A stretch of DNA of 64,000 bases from an uncultured Clostridia bacterium (GCA_934747805.1 CAKVHC010000003.1:64402-128401); one strand, 5' to 3'; positions 45,268 to 54,340 are shown, counted from the first letter of the stretch. Notes: generated by a model not told the origin, from the sequence alone. Made by a program: numbers and translations.

Positions 45268-46470
45268 ATGGAACTATTAGCCCCAGCAGGCGATATGCAG
45301 AAACTCAAAATGGCATTGGCATTCGGTGCAGATGCCGTATATTTTGCCAGCAAAAAATTTGGTCTTCGCACCTTTGCAGGCAATTTTGAAGAACCAGAAC
45401 TCAAGACTGCTATTGACCTTGTGCACTCAAAGGGTAAACGTGCATATGTCACGGTCAATGTCTTTCCTAGAGATAAAGATATTCCTGAGATTGTGGCGTA
45501 TTGCAAACGACTATACGATATGCACGCCGATGCAATAATCGTTGCTGATCTTGGCGTGTTTAGTGCCGTTAGACGTGAAGTTCCAGACCTTGAGACGCAT
45601 ATCAGTACACAAGCCAACGTGGTTAATAGCGAAACAGCCAATTTGTATTATAAAATGGGAGCCAAACGAATAGTATTGGCACGAGAACTAACACTTGAAC
45701 AGATTAAAGAAATCCGTGACAACACGCCACCAGACCTAGAGCTTGAAGCTTTTGTGCATGGTGCAATGTGCATAAGTTATTCAGGCAGATGTCTTCTCAG
45801 CAATTTCTTCACGTCACGTGATGCTAACGCCGGCAGTTGCGTGCAGGCGTGCAGGTGGTGTTATGAACTCCGTGAGGTTAGTCGTGAAAACACCAATCCG
45901 ATTGAAGAGGATTCGCATGGCTCATACATACTTAACTCATACGACATTTGTATGATAGAATATATAGACAAACTTGCACAGGCAGGTGTCACCAGCCTAA
46001 AAATCGAGGGCAGAATGAAAAGCGAATATTACGTGGCAAATGTGGTGAATGCATATCGCCACGCACTCGACCTTTATTATGCTGACCCAGACAATTACAA
46101 ATGTCCACAAGTTCTGCTCGACGAACTCGACAAAAGTTCACACAGAGGATATAGCACTGGTTTCTATCTTGGCGGACAGGGTAAAATTGACTTAAACAGC
46201 AGCGTTCAAACTGCCACCTGCAACTTTGTCGGACTTGTTTTGGAAGATAGTCATGACAAAAAAGCACGTGTGCAAATGCGTAATAGATTCTATTTAAACG
46301 ATGAATTGGAGATTTTATCACCTTATTCGCTTGGCAAAACTTTGAAAATGACTAAAATAATAGACGACAAGGGTAATGAAATAGACGATGTGAAGGTTGT
46401 TATGCAAGAAGTGGAAATATACACTGACCAACCTTTGCATAAGAACGATATTTTAAGGAAAAAGATATGA
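45268..46470 (+). CDS. Peptidase U32 family protein (TrhP/YrrO-like)
   Basis: MELLAPAGDMQKLKMALAFGADAVYFA, ARELTLEQI, CISYSGRCLLSNF...GSCVQACRW. Confidence 0.85.
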   Translation: MELLAPAGDMQKLKMALAFGADAVYFASKKFGLRTFAGNFEEPELKTAIDLVHSKGKRAYVTVNVFPRDKDIPEIVAYCKRLYDMHADAIIVADLGVFSAVRREVPDLETHISTQANVVNSETANLYYKMGAKRIVLARELTLEQIKEIRDNTPPDLELEAFVHGAMCISYSGRCLLSNFFTSRDANAGSCVQACRWCYELREVSRENTNPIEEDSHGSYILNSYDICMIEYIDKLAQAGVTSLKIEGRMKSEYYVANVVNAYRHALDLYYADPDNYKCPQVLLDELDKSSHRGYSTGFYLGGQGKIDLNSSVQTATCNFVGLVLEDSHDKKARVQMRNRFYLNDELEILSPYSLGKTLKMTKIIDDKGNEIDDVKVVMQEVEIYTDQPLHKNDILRKKI

Positions 46471-47369
46471 GAGCAGTGATTGTATACAACCCAAGTGCAA
46501 TGCGTGGCAAGATTAATAAGAAAATTCCTTACATACAACAGCGACTGCGTACCAAGTTTGACGATTGTGATGCGGTGGAAACTTTGCAGGACAATATGAC
46601 GGCGGATTTGGTGCAATCTCTTTGCGATGACCACGATGTTATTGTTGCTGTCGGTGGCGACGGCACGGTCCATTATGTCGCCAATGGCATTGCCAAGAGT
46701 GGCAAGAATGTCACTATGGGCGTTATTCCGCTTGGCACGGTGAACGACGTGGCACACAACTTGCGTGTGCCAAAAAACTTGGACAAGGCCATCGACATCA
46801 TTTTGCGTGGTTATACGCTCAATTACGACCTAATCAGCGACGGCAACGACTATATTGTCTACACCATTGCAGGCGGAATTTTCGTCAGCAGTTCATTCTC
46901 TACGCCACGCAAGCTCAAATCCGTTTTCGGTCGCCTAGCGTATGGTTTTGTAGGTATGCGTGGGCTTTTTACTCACAGATCTCTCCCATTGTCAGTGATT
47001 GACGGAGATAAAAAGTATTCAGGCAAATACATGCTTTGTCTGGTGCTCAACTCATACTCAACAGCCGGCAAAATGATTAACGGCGAGAGTAGTCTGAGCG
47101 ACGGACTTATGGAAATAGTCTTAATCCGTCGTGCCAAGAAAGGCTTTTTCGGTTTTTGGAGAGCATTCAACTTGGTTGCAAGACTGTTTTTGTTTGGCCT
47201 TAAATCTGTGAAAAAAAACAAGGACGTGGACATCATTTATGCATCAAACATAAAGTTGGAAAACCACGCAGATTCAGACTTTACAGTAGACGGCGAGAAA
47301 TGTAAGTTTTTAAACAAAACTCTTACAATCAATTGCCAAATCCCAATGTTTCATGGTGTCAATTTCTAG
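46467..47369 (+). CDS. Diacylglycerol kinase family lipid kinase (YegS/DagK-like)
   Basis: VAVGGDGTVHYVANG and IPLGTVNDVA motifs. ATGA overlap with the upstream gene. Confidence 0.75.
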   Translation: MRAVIVYNPSAMRGKINKKIPYIQQRLRTKFDDCDAVETLQDNMTADLVQSLCDDHDVIVAVGGDGTVHYVANGIAKSGKNVTMGVIPLGTVNDVAHNLRVPKNLDKAIDIILRGYTLNYDLISDGNDYIVYTIAGGIFVSSSFSTPRKLKSVFGRLAYGFVGMRGLFTHRSLPLSVIDGDKKYSGKYMLCLVLNSYSTAGKMINGESSLSDGLMEIVLIRRAKKGFFGFWRAFNLVARLFLFGLKSVKKNKDVDIIYASNIKLENHADSDFTVDGEKCKFLNKTLTINCQIPMFHGVNF

Positions 47370-47397
47370 TTGACACTTTCTTTTTTTGTGGTATAAT
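47370..47397 (+). promoter_or_regulatory. Sigma-A promoter of rnpB
   Basis: TTGACA 47370-47375, a 16-nt spacer, TATAAT 47392-47397. Confidence 0.7.
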
Positions 47398-47403
47398 ATT
47401 TGT

Positions 47404-47734
47404 GCGTGAACAGATGGTCGCTGGGCAGTGATGAGAGCTGCCGAGAGGAAAGTCCGGGCTTCATAGAGCAGGGTGCTGGCTAACTACCAGTGGAGGCGAC
47501 TTTAAGGAAAGTGCAACAGAAAATTACCGCACGCAAGTGTAAGGTTGAAAAGGCGAGGTAAGAGCTCACCGCACACTAGGTGACTAGAGTGGCAATGTAA
47601 ACCCCACCCGAAGCAAGATTAAGCAAGGTCTAAGGTTGCTCGCCAGACCTTCAAAAGTATCGCTTGACCGTATTGGCAACAATGCGGCTAGATAGATGAC
47701 CATCAAATACAGAACTCGGCTTATAGTTCACCGC
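47404..47734 (+). ncRNA. rnpB: RNase P RNA
   Basis: Universally conserved GAGGAAAGTCCGGGC (47446-) and ACAGAACTCGGCTTAT (47709-). P1 pairs GTGAAC (47406) with GTTCAC (47726). Confidence 0.9.
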
Positions 47735-47757
47735 AACAGTCCTCGGACTGTTTTTTT
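47735..47757 (+). terminator. rnpB terminator
   Basis: ACAGTC-CTCG-GACTGT followed by TTTTTTT. Confidence 0.7.
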
Positions 47758-47777
47758 GTTCAATGTTACAAAATGTA

Positions 47778-47806
47778 TTGACAAAACAATTTTTCAGTAT
47801 TATTAT
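47778..47806 (+). promoter_or_regulatory. Sigma-A promoter of the four-gene operon
   Basis: TTGACA 47778-47783, a 17-nt spacer, TATTAT 47801-47806. Confidence 0.6.
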
Positions 47807-47827
47807 TTGGAGTAATTGGAGAAAACA

Positions 47828-48559
47828 ATGAAAAACAAGTCCGTTGTATTTTCAATAATTACACTAGTCATCTCTATTATTTGCACCTGTGTCACACTGG
47901 GTGCAATTTTTGTATTAGATAGTAAGTTGGATTCAGCAAATTGTGAGGAGAACATCTATAACGAATCATTAAGCAGTGTAGTAGAACTGAAAGCAGTCAC
48001 TAATTCAATAGGTGAAAGTTATGGGTCAGCCTTTTTTGTGAGCGAAAGCGGACATCTTGTTACAAACGCGCACGTTGTAACATTCAATAGAAGTGGACAG
48101 ATTATCGCATTTGATGAGTTTTATATAAGATTTGCTTTTGAAGATATATATAGACCTGCAACTTTAATAAAGTTTGACAGCACGATTGATATAGCCTATC
48201 TAAAATTAGACGAGGTTAACTGCGAATTTAAAAAAGTGGTGATTGGAAATTCTGATAAAATCAAAACTGGACAAAAAATCTACGCTATAGGCAATTTAAA
48301 TAAGGTTGGACTATCAATTACGCAGGGTAGTATCTCGAATGCGAATATAATTGTAGAGTACAACAATATAGATAGAAGTGTTATACAATGCGACCTTACA
48401 ATTGCAGAAGGCAATAGCGGCGGAGTTTTACTAGATAATAAAGGTCGAGTAATTGGTGTGACAACTTTTAGGTTAAAAGACACTTCAAATAATGTTATTT
48501 ATGGAATCTCGTATTGTGTGCCAATTAACACAGTATTGGATTATATAAAAGAGAAATAG
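47828..48559 (+). CDS. Membrane-anchored trypsin-like serine protease (S1 family)
   Basis: N-terminal TM, then TNAHVV (His), DIAYLKL (Asp) and GNSGGVLLD (Ser) catalytic-triad contexts. Confidence 0.75.
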   Translation: MKNKSVVFSIITLVISIICTCVTLGAIFVLDSKLDSANCEENIYNESLSSVVELKAVTNSIGESYGSAFFVSESGHLVTNAHVVTFNRSGQIIAFDEFYIRFAFEDIYRPATLIKFDSTIDIAYLKLDEVNCEFKKVVIGNSDKIKTGQKIYAIGNLNKVGLSITQGSISNANIIVEYNNIDRSVIQCDLTIAEGNSGGVLLDNKGRVIGVTTFRLKDTSNNVIYGISYCVPINTVLDYIKEK

Positions 48560-48567
48560 GAGGATGT

Positions 48568-49812
48568 ATGAAAACAAGACGAATGAAAAATGCGTTTAGT
48601 TTATTATTGGTGCTGGTAGTACTACTTATTCCGTGTTTTATGTCTTTCGGACAATCAAAAAATGTTAACTACTATACACCAAGAACAACTAGAGTTAGCG
48701 TTTCATCTCAATCAATAGACTGTGAAAGTATTTTCAATGAATTCCAGAATGCTAATTTACAGACTATTGATGACAAAACAACATTTGAAGGAACTAAAAC
48801 CTTCAATCTAATGGACTTTGCGGAATTAGACAATCTAAGCGATACAGATGTAGTTGCAGAAGCCAATATACAAGTAAAATATAGGTTTAGTTATGAAAAA
48901 GAAACAAACTTGGTGACTTTATCTGCATATACGATGGGCGATGACGGAGAAGTGCTGGTTGATACATTAATTGGCGCCGCGTTTGTTAATGAAAATGGAG
49001 ACTTGGATGCCCTACTCGACTGTGGCGAACAAGACTATATGTTGTTAAGCGATATGCAAGATTTAGGTATGATCGAAAATTGCGGCTGGTTCAAAAAAAT
49101 GTTTAATAAAGTTGCAAAGACTATCAAAAAAGTAATTTCAACAACTATCGGTGTGATTGGCGCAATCGCTACAGTTGCATTGCCAGTTGTATGTGGTGTA
49201 GTTATGGCTGCAACAGGCGTAGGATTGCTTGCTACTATTGCGGTCGGAGCAACAGTAGGTGCGGTTACAGCCGGAGCGACTGCCGCTGCCTCTACATATC
49301 AACAAGATGGAAAAGTAGATTGGGAAGCAGTTGGTATTTGTGCAGGAGTAGGTGCAGCAGTAGGTGCAGTTGCTTCAGCAACATCTTATGAAATTACAAA
49401 ACTACTATCTAGTATGCCAAAAGGAAGAATTTTCCAGGTAGCATTTGCAGTTGGTTCAAATCCACTAGTGATAACGCCTATTAAACTTACCTATCTGGAA
49501 GCACTTAGTGTTCTAACGTTATTTGCTGTAAAATTTGCAAATGAGTGTAATGGTCTAGGAATACCACTAATCTCAAAGAATCTATTCACGCAAGATATGA
49601 TTTCAGTGTTTAATACATTGACACAGAATCAAGTTTCACAAAAAAGAATAGGAGTCTATACTCCTTTGCAAACCAATGCTAGAGCCCTGGCTGTATTGTT
49701 GTGTAGAGATATTGTTCCAACATATGATTTGGCTCATTCTGCAGGATTTTATAATCACTATCACGATGAGAACCATTTGATACACGTATGGTTTGGAAGT
49801 CCAATTATTTAG
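48568..49812 (+). CDS. Secreted hypothetical protein with Gly/Ala-zipper membrane region and His-rich C-terminal motif
   Basis: Signal peptide. Residues ~195-270 are G/A/V-rich (GVIGAIATVALPVVCGVVMAATGVGLLATIAVGATVGAVTAGATAAA...GVGAAVGAVASA). The C-terminus reads AHSAGFYNHYHDENHLIHVWFG. Confidence 0.5.
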   Translation: MKTRRMKNAFSLLLVLVVLLIPCFMSFGQSKNVNYYTPRTTRVSVSSQSIDCESIFNEFQNANLQTIDDKTTFEGTKTFNLMDFAELDNLSDTDVVAEANIQVKYRFSYEKETNLVTLSAYTMGDDGEVLVDTLIGAAFVNENGDLDALLDCGEQDYMLLSDMQDLGMIENCGWFKKMFNKVAKTIKKVISTTIGVIGAIATVALPVVCGVVMAATGVGLLATIAVGATVGAVTAGATAAASTYQQDGKVDWEAVGICAGVGAAVGAVASATSYEITKLLSSMPKGRIFQVAFAVGSNPLVITPIKLTYLEALSVLTLFAVKFANECNGLGIPLISKNLFTQDMISVFNTLTQNQVSQKRIGVYTPLQTNARALAVLLCRDIVPTYDLAHSAGFYNHYHDENHLIHVWFGSPII

Positions 49813-49821
49813 TGAGTAAAT

Positions 49822-50403
49822 ATGAATATAGAAAATATAGTTAATAACATCAAGCAAAAATATAGTAGGTATGAAGTTGACGTCACGAATTTTGGTGGCG
49901 TGCATATTTTAGACCTAAACCAAGGCGGGAAATTGTATTGTAGAGTGAATTTGCGAAAGATAGACCAGCAAGTTAGAACCGATTTCTCGTGTGTATATGA
50001 TGACAAATATGTAGATGTTCAATGCGAAAATGACTTACAACATTTATTCTCCACTATCGACGAAGAAATTGCAGATATGACCGCCTATTATGCCGTAGAA
50101 CAAGACAAAAAGTCGCTTTGCAAAAGACTTGACGAACTAAACAAGCAGATTACGTCAACCTTGCGTAAAAATAAAGTGAGTGCTCACACCACGCACAACC
50201 TAGATAATTGCGTAATGGGGCATATAGATAGCACGGATGTAAAAAACAAAATTGCATATAGACTCCTACACGAGCCACGAGGTTTTATTGCCAGCATATT
50301 AGACGGTGAGAATACGACCGATTACAACGCAGACACAGAGTTTAATGAATTCATTGCAGATTTGATATCTGCCATTAACAACAAAGTCAACGAGAAAAAA
50401 TGA
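49822..50403 (+). CDS. Hypothetical protein, tandem paralogue a
   Basis: 193 aa. The C-terminal GFIASILDGENTTDYNADTEFNEFIADL is shared with the next gene. Confidence 0.5.
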   Translation: MNIENIVNNIKQKYSRYEVDVTNFGGVHILDLNQGGKLYCRVNLRKIDQQVRTDFSCVYDDKYVDVQCENDLQHLFSTIDEEIADMTAYYAVEQDKKSLCKRLDELNKQITSTLRKNKVSAHTTHNLDNCVMGHIDSTDVKNKIAYRLLHEPRGFIASILDGENTTDYNADTEFNEFIADLISAINNKVNEKK

Positions 50404-50969
50404 AATTAGAAGATTTAATAACTGAATTAAAAGTTCGTTATCCAGACATCGCAATAAAGCCATTTAACGAATGTCTATTTTTTGAAAGAACGGGCAAGGA
50501 CTATGATAAAATCTCATACAAGCAGATAAACGACAAGTTGGTCGTTAAAAATTATAAATATGGCAAAGACAATTATCAAACTATTGAAATTGTAAACTGC
50601 TTAGACTTGGCTAAGTTGTATCAAGTTTTGGACGCTAAATTTAAACTCTGCGACGAATATTACAACTGCCTTAAAAACGCAAAACTTGTTGAGGAAAAAT
50701 TTGCCAAGCTTAAAAACAACGTGCTGAACATTCTTGGACAAAATAACGTCGAGCAAAAAACCTTAACGAGCGGAATATGCAGTTTGGTTGAACTGACGAC
50801 CAGAAACTCGAACACAAAAATTTTGTATAGGCTAGAATGCTCAAAGGACGGCTTTATTGCCAGTATCATCGACGGTGAAGACACGACCGATTACAACGCA
50901 GACACCGAGTTTAATGAGTTTATTACAGACTTGAAAGCAAGATTGCACTACAATCTAAACGCAAAATGA
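50400..50969 (+). CDS. Hypothetical protein, tandem paralogue b
   Basis: ATGA overlap with the upstream gene. 189 aa. C-terminal GFIASIIDGEDTTDYNADTEFNEFITDL. Confidence 0.5.
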   Translation: MKLEDLITELKVRYPDIAIKPFNECLFFERTGKDYDKISYKQINDKLVVKNYKYGKDNYQTIEIVNCLDLAKLYQVLDAKFKLCDEYYNCLKNAKLVEEKFAKLKNNVLNILGQNNVEQKTLTSGICSLVELTTRNSNTKILYRLECSKDGFIASIIDGEDTTDYNADTEFNEFITDLKARLHYNLNAK

Positions 50970-50974
50970 CAATA

Positions 50975-51004
50975 AAGGAACCTTGATTCAAGGTTTCTTT
51001 TTTC
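50975..51004 (+). terminator. Terminator of the four-gene operon
   Basis: AAGGAACCTT/AAGGTTTCTT stem (10 bp, one G-U pair), a 5-nt loop and a T-run. Confidence 0.7.
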
Positions 51005-51065
51005 AAACACACATTTGTGGCTAAATGGGAATATATAATAAAATAAAAAAATATGAAAAAAAGTA

Positions 51066-51094
51066 TTGCAATTTGTATTTCTATATGTTATACT
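51066..51094 (+). promoter_or_regulatory. Sigma-A-type promoter for 51127 gene
   Basis: TTGCAA 51066-51071, a 17-nt spacer, TATACT 51089-51094. Confidence 0.5.
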
Positions 51095-51126
51095 AAAAGT
51101 CTCAAAAACAGGGGATAGGGGAAAAT

Positions 51127-51738
51127 ATGAGTTTAGTTAGGGATATGCTCAACCGTACACAATCGTCTAGCACAAAAGGTGACGCACGTTTTTTGCGTGC
51201 AAACAATAACCCACAAACTCAGCAAAACCATCCTCGTTCACAATACGTGGCAGTCAAGGGTGGATACTTTTTAGACGGACTACGCGATGTGATGAGCATT
51301 GACGTAGTGTTCGCCGACATTACCAGCCGTGCATACGACAGACAGAACAATCAGGCATTCGAGCAATCTCTCACCACAGCAATGCGCAACAGAACCAATC
51401 TAAACGCCAACTTGCTCATCGTCTACGAGCGTCGCACTGCCAACGGCAAGTATGTCCGTTCTAGCAAGATGTTGCCTTGCCAAATTCGTCCAAGCGACAT
51501 CAGCACTGAGTCGGGCAAGGAATTGAACGACCTTTGCAGTTTCACCATTATTCGTGAAAATCGTGAAAACGAAAGCCCGAAGTTGTATTATGGTTTTGAC
51601 GATGTAAATGTTGACCATACCACATTGATTTTCGACATGAATACATACCGAACGCATACAATGCTCACGAGCGCGATAAACATGGCGAATCAAACACAGA
51701 AATATCAACGAGACTATGAAAATGGAAAAACAAAATAA
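51127..51738 (+). CDS. Hypothetical protein
   Basis: 203-aa ORF with a GGGGA RBS, its own promoter and a terminator (51737-51757). No motif recognised. Confidence 0.45.
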   Translation: MSLVRDMLNRTQSSSTKGDARFLRANNNPQTQQNHPRSQYVAVKGGYFLDGLRDVMSIDVVFADITSRAYDRQNNQAFEQSLTTAMRNRTNLNANLLIVYERRTANGKYVRSSKMLPCQIRPSDISTESGKELNDLCSFTIIRENRENESPKLYYGFDDVNVDHTTLIFDMNTYRTHTMLTSAINMANQTQKYQRDYENGKTK

Positions 51739-51779
51739 GGTCGCACGACCTTTTTTTGTGGCAAATATGGCAAATGTAG

Positions 51780-51808
51780 TTGACAGACGCAAAATTTTGA
51801 GATATAAT
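51780..51808 (+). promoter_or_regulatory. Consensus sigma-A promoter of rpmF
   Basis: TTGACA 51780-51785, a 17-nt spacer, TATAAT 51803-51808. Confidence 0.7.
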
Positions 51809-51863
51809 GCAAGAGTAAGTTAGAGTGCTTCACTATGCGAAGCAAATACAATAGGAGGTTATC

Positions 51864-52058
51864 ATGGCAGTACCTAAGGGTAAAACAAGTAAAGCAAGAA
51901 AACATGCTCGTAGTGCTAACTGGAAAGTTAATGTTCCAGCAGTCGTAGATTGTCCACATTGCCACGAAAAGAAAGTGGCTCACCAAATTTGCAAGAAATG
52001 CGGTTATTATGATGGTGAACAAAAAGTGGCTGACAAGAAGGCAGACGCTACCAAATAG
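51864..52058 (+). CDS. rpmF: 50S ribosomal protein L32
   Basis: MAVPKGKTSKARKHARSANWK and the CPHC...CKKCGYY zinc ribbon. Confidence 0.92.
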   Translation: MAVPKGKTSKARKHARSANWKVNVPAVVDCPHCHEKKVAHQICKKCGYYDGEQKVADKKADATK

Positions 52059-52062
52059 TTTT

Positions 52063-52087
52063 AAAAATACGCCGAAAGGCGTTTTTT
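52063..52087 (+). terminator. Terminator/attenuator after rpmF
   Basis: ACGCC-GAAA-GGCGT followed by TTTTTT. Confidence 0.6.
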
Positions 52088-52136
52088 GTTTGCCAAAAGC
52101 GTGTCAAGGTGATATATTTAAGCCAAGAGGTAGATT

Positions 52137-53147
52137 ATGAAAATAGTAGTTGATGCGTTTGGTGGCGATTACGCTCCAGACGAAATATTGATGGGTTGTG
52201 CAATGGCACTTGAAACTCGTGCAGATTTAAATTTGGTTATAACCGGTGATGAAAAAGTGGTCACAGACCAGCTCACAGCATACAATGCCGACCTTAATCG
52301 TGTGGAAATCGTTCACGCACCCGACATCATCTCAAACAGCGAACACCCTGTGTCCGCAGTCCGCAACAAACTCAATTCGTCGCTCGTCAAGGCGTTCGAT
52401 TTGCTTCGCACACGTGAAGATATTAGTGCGTTTGTGGGTGCAGGCAGCACAGGAGCAACGCTAGCTGGCGCAACGCTGAGACTGGGCCGCATCGATGGTG
52501 TTTCTCGTCCTGCACTTGCTCCAATCTTGCCAACCAAAACGGGTAAGAATGTGCTGCTCATCGACTGTGGCGCAAATATGGACAGCAAGCCTATTAACCT
52601 TGTGCATTTTGCACAAATGGGCAGCGAATATATGAAGGCCATAGGTTATGACAATCCACGTGTTGCACTTCTGAACGTTGGCGTAGAAGAAGGCAAGGGC
52701 AATGACCTGACAAAAGAAGCCTTTAATATGCTGAAAGACTGCGGAGTCAATTTCATCGGCAATATGGAAGCACGAGAAGTCCTTTCCGGCAGCGCAGACA
52801 TTGTGGTCTGTGATGGTTTCGCAGGCAACGTTTTGCTCAAAGCCACCGAAGGTGCGGCACTCTTTATGATGGGCGAGGTAAAGAAAGCTATTAAGAGCGG
52901 TTTTTGGTCTAAAGTCGGTGCACTTTTCCAAAAACGTGCTTTCAAGCAACTCAAAAAAACAATGAATTACAACGAAGCCGGTGGCGCACCATTCTTGGGC
53001 GTGAAGAAAGTGGTTGTAAAATCTCATGGCGACAGCAAAGCCAAGACAATCTGCAATTCAATTATGCAAGCCGCCAACCTTGTAGACAAAGATATGGTCA
53101 ACCGCATCAAAGACTCGGTCGCAAAATACACTCAACCTGAGGCATAG
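52137..53147 (+). CDS. plsX: Phosphate acyltransferase PlsX
   Basis: MKIVVDAFGGDYAP, LIDCGAN, VCDGFAGNVLLK and GVKKVVVKSHG. Confidence 0.92.
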   Translation: MKIVVDAFGGDYAPDEILMGCAMALETRADLNLVITGDEKVVTDQLTAYNADLNRVEIVHAPDIISNSEHPVSAVRNKLNSSLVKAFDLLRTREDISAFVGAGSTGATLAGATLRLGRIDGVSRPALAPILPTKTGKNVLLIDCGANMDSKPINLVHFAQMGSEYMKAIGYDNPRVALLNVGVEEGKGNDLTKEAFNMLKDCGVNFIGNMEAREVLSGSADIVVCDGFAGNVLLKATEGAALFMMGEVKKAIKSGFWSKVGALFQKRAFKQLKKTMNYNEAGGAPFLGVKKVVVKSHGDSKAKTICNSIMQAANLVDKDMVNRIKDSVAKYTQPEA

Positions 53148-53148
53148 T

Positions 53149-53850
53149 ATGCAAGATTTTAATTTAAAAACTATGGCAAAGGGCAAATACAAAGATTTTC
53201 TCAACACATTTTTGTCCAGCCAACCAGCACTCATAGATTTGGCATTGACGCACAGTTCTTATGCCAATGACCATAATCTTACGAGCAATGAGCGAATAGA
53301 ATTTTTGGGCGACAGCGTGCTAGGTTGCATCGTGGCCGAATATCTCTACGACCACACCAAAAAGGCCGAAGGTTCGCTTTCCAAGATGCGTTCAGCACTC
53401 GTCTGCGAGCAAGCATTGTCCAGTTTTGCACGAGCAATGCAGTTAGAAAAGGCACTTCGTTTGGGTCGCAGCTGCAAAAACAAGCCAGTAAGCGATGCCA
53501 TGCTTTGTGACACGGTCGAAGCAATGATAGGGGCAATGTTCCTTTCATTCGGTTTTGAGAAGATTAAAGCCCCAATTCTGAAGATGCTGGATATCGACGA
53601 ATTTTTAAAGACTGGCAACGACAAGGGCGACTACAAAACAATCTTGCAAGAATATTGTCAGGCGAACAAAATGAAAATAGAATATCAGCACACTAGCGAG
53701 ACAAATAAGGGCGGACAAGAAACATTCACCGTCACCGTCATCGTGGACGGCAAACGCCTTGCACACGGCAAAGGAAGTAAGGTGAAAATCGCCGAAAAGA
53801 ATTGCGCCCGTCTAGCTTATGAGAAACTAACAAAAAATGCACTCAAATAG
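53149..53850 (+). CDS. rnc: Ribonuclease III
   Basis: NERIEFLGDSVL signature and a C-terminal dsRBD (GKGSKVKIAEKNCARLAYEKL). Confidence 0.92.
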   Translation: MQDFNLKTMAKGKYKDFLNTFLSSQPALIDLALTHSSYANDHNLTSNERIEFLGDSVLGCIVAEYLYDHTKKAEGSLSKMRSALVCEQALSSFARAMQLEKALRLGRSCKNKPVSDAMLCDTVEAMIGAMFLSFGFEKIKAPILKMLDIDEFLKTGNDKGDYKTILQEYCQANKMKIEYQHTSETNKGGQETFTVTVIVDGKRLAHGKGSKVKIAEKNCARLAYEKLTKNALK

Positions 53851-53860
53851 TGCATTTTTT

Positions 53861-54340
53861 TTACTTAGGATATATTTCATCATGAGTTTTTGCCCATTCA
53901 ATCGCACTGTTAATGTCTTGAATGTATTTCATCCGTTCAGCGTCGCTGCTAAACTTCTTGCTTTTGGCAGTGAGCAAAAGCTTTTTGCAATACGTTTCTG
54001 CCGCCTTTTCGTTGCGTGCACAGATAATGCGGTAAATGTAAGCACGCCATTGCTGGCTAACCAAACTGTTGAATCTGGCTTGCGTCGACCTTGTGTCAAG
54101 AGAGTTGTTGCTGTCAGCCACGTATTTCGCATTGAAAGCATCAAAATACATCTCCACCCACGCTCTATTTTCGCCAGTTCGTTCAAAAAACTTAACTTTC
54201 CACCTTTCGTCCATAGGAGTGATGACAATGCTTAGAGGACGGAATGGATTGTCGTGGAAAAAACCTTCTAGGTAACTGTCCCTAGCAAACTTTGTCCACG
54301 CACTCCTATCCAGGTTTTGCAAAAATTCTATACTTTTCAT
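53861..54340 (-). CDS. Hypothetical protein
   Basis: 159-aa ORF. No motif recognised. Confidence 0.4.
   Translation of the reverse strand: MKSIEFLQNLDRSAWTKFARDSYLEGFFHDNPFRPLSIVITPMDERWKVKFFERTGENRAWVEMYFDAFNAKYVADSNNSLDTRSTQARFNSLVSQQWRAYIYRIICARNEKAAETYCKKLLLTAKSKKFSSDAERMKYIQDINSAIEWAKTHDEIYPK

Noticed and set aside
45237-46757. Minus-strand ORFs 45237-45641, 45989-46321 and 46323-46757.
   Set aside because: They are antisense to the U32 peptidase and lipid kinase genes. They have no RBS and a biased composition typical of shadow frames.
52461-53027. 188-aa minus-strand ORF, plus 52313-52642 and 52646-52954.
   Set aside because: They are antisense shadows inside plsX, whose identity is unambiguous.
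53145-53151. plsX directly abuts rnc, with no fabD/fabG/acpP between them.
   Set aside because: Gene order around plsX varies among Firmicutes, and acpP may simply be elsewhere. This cannot be evaluated from one window.
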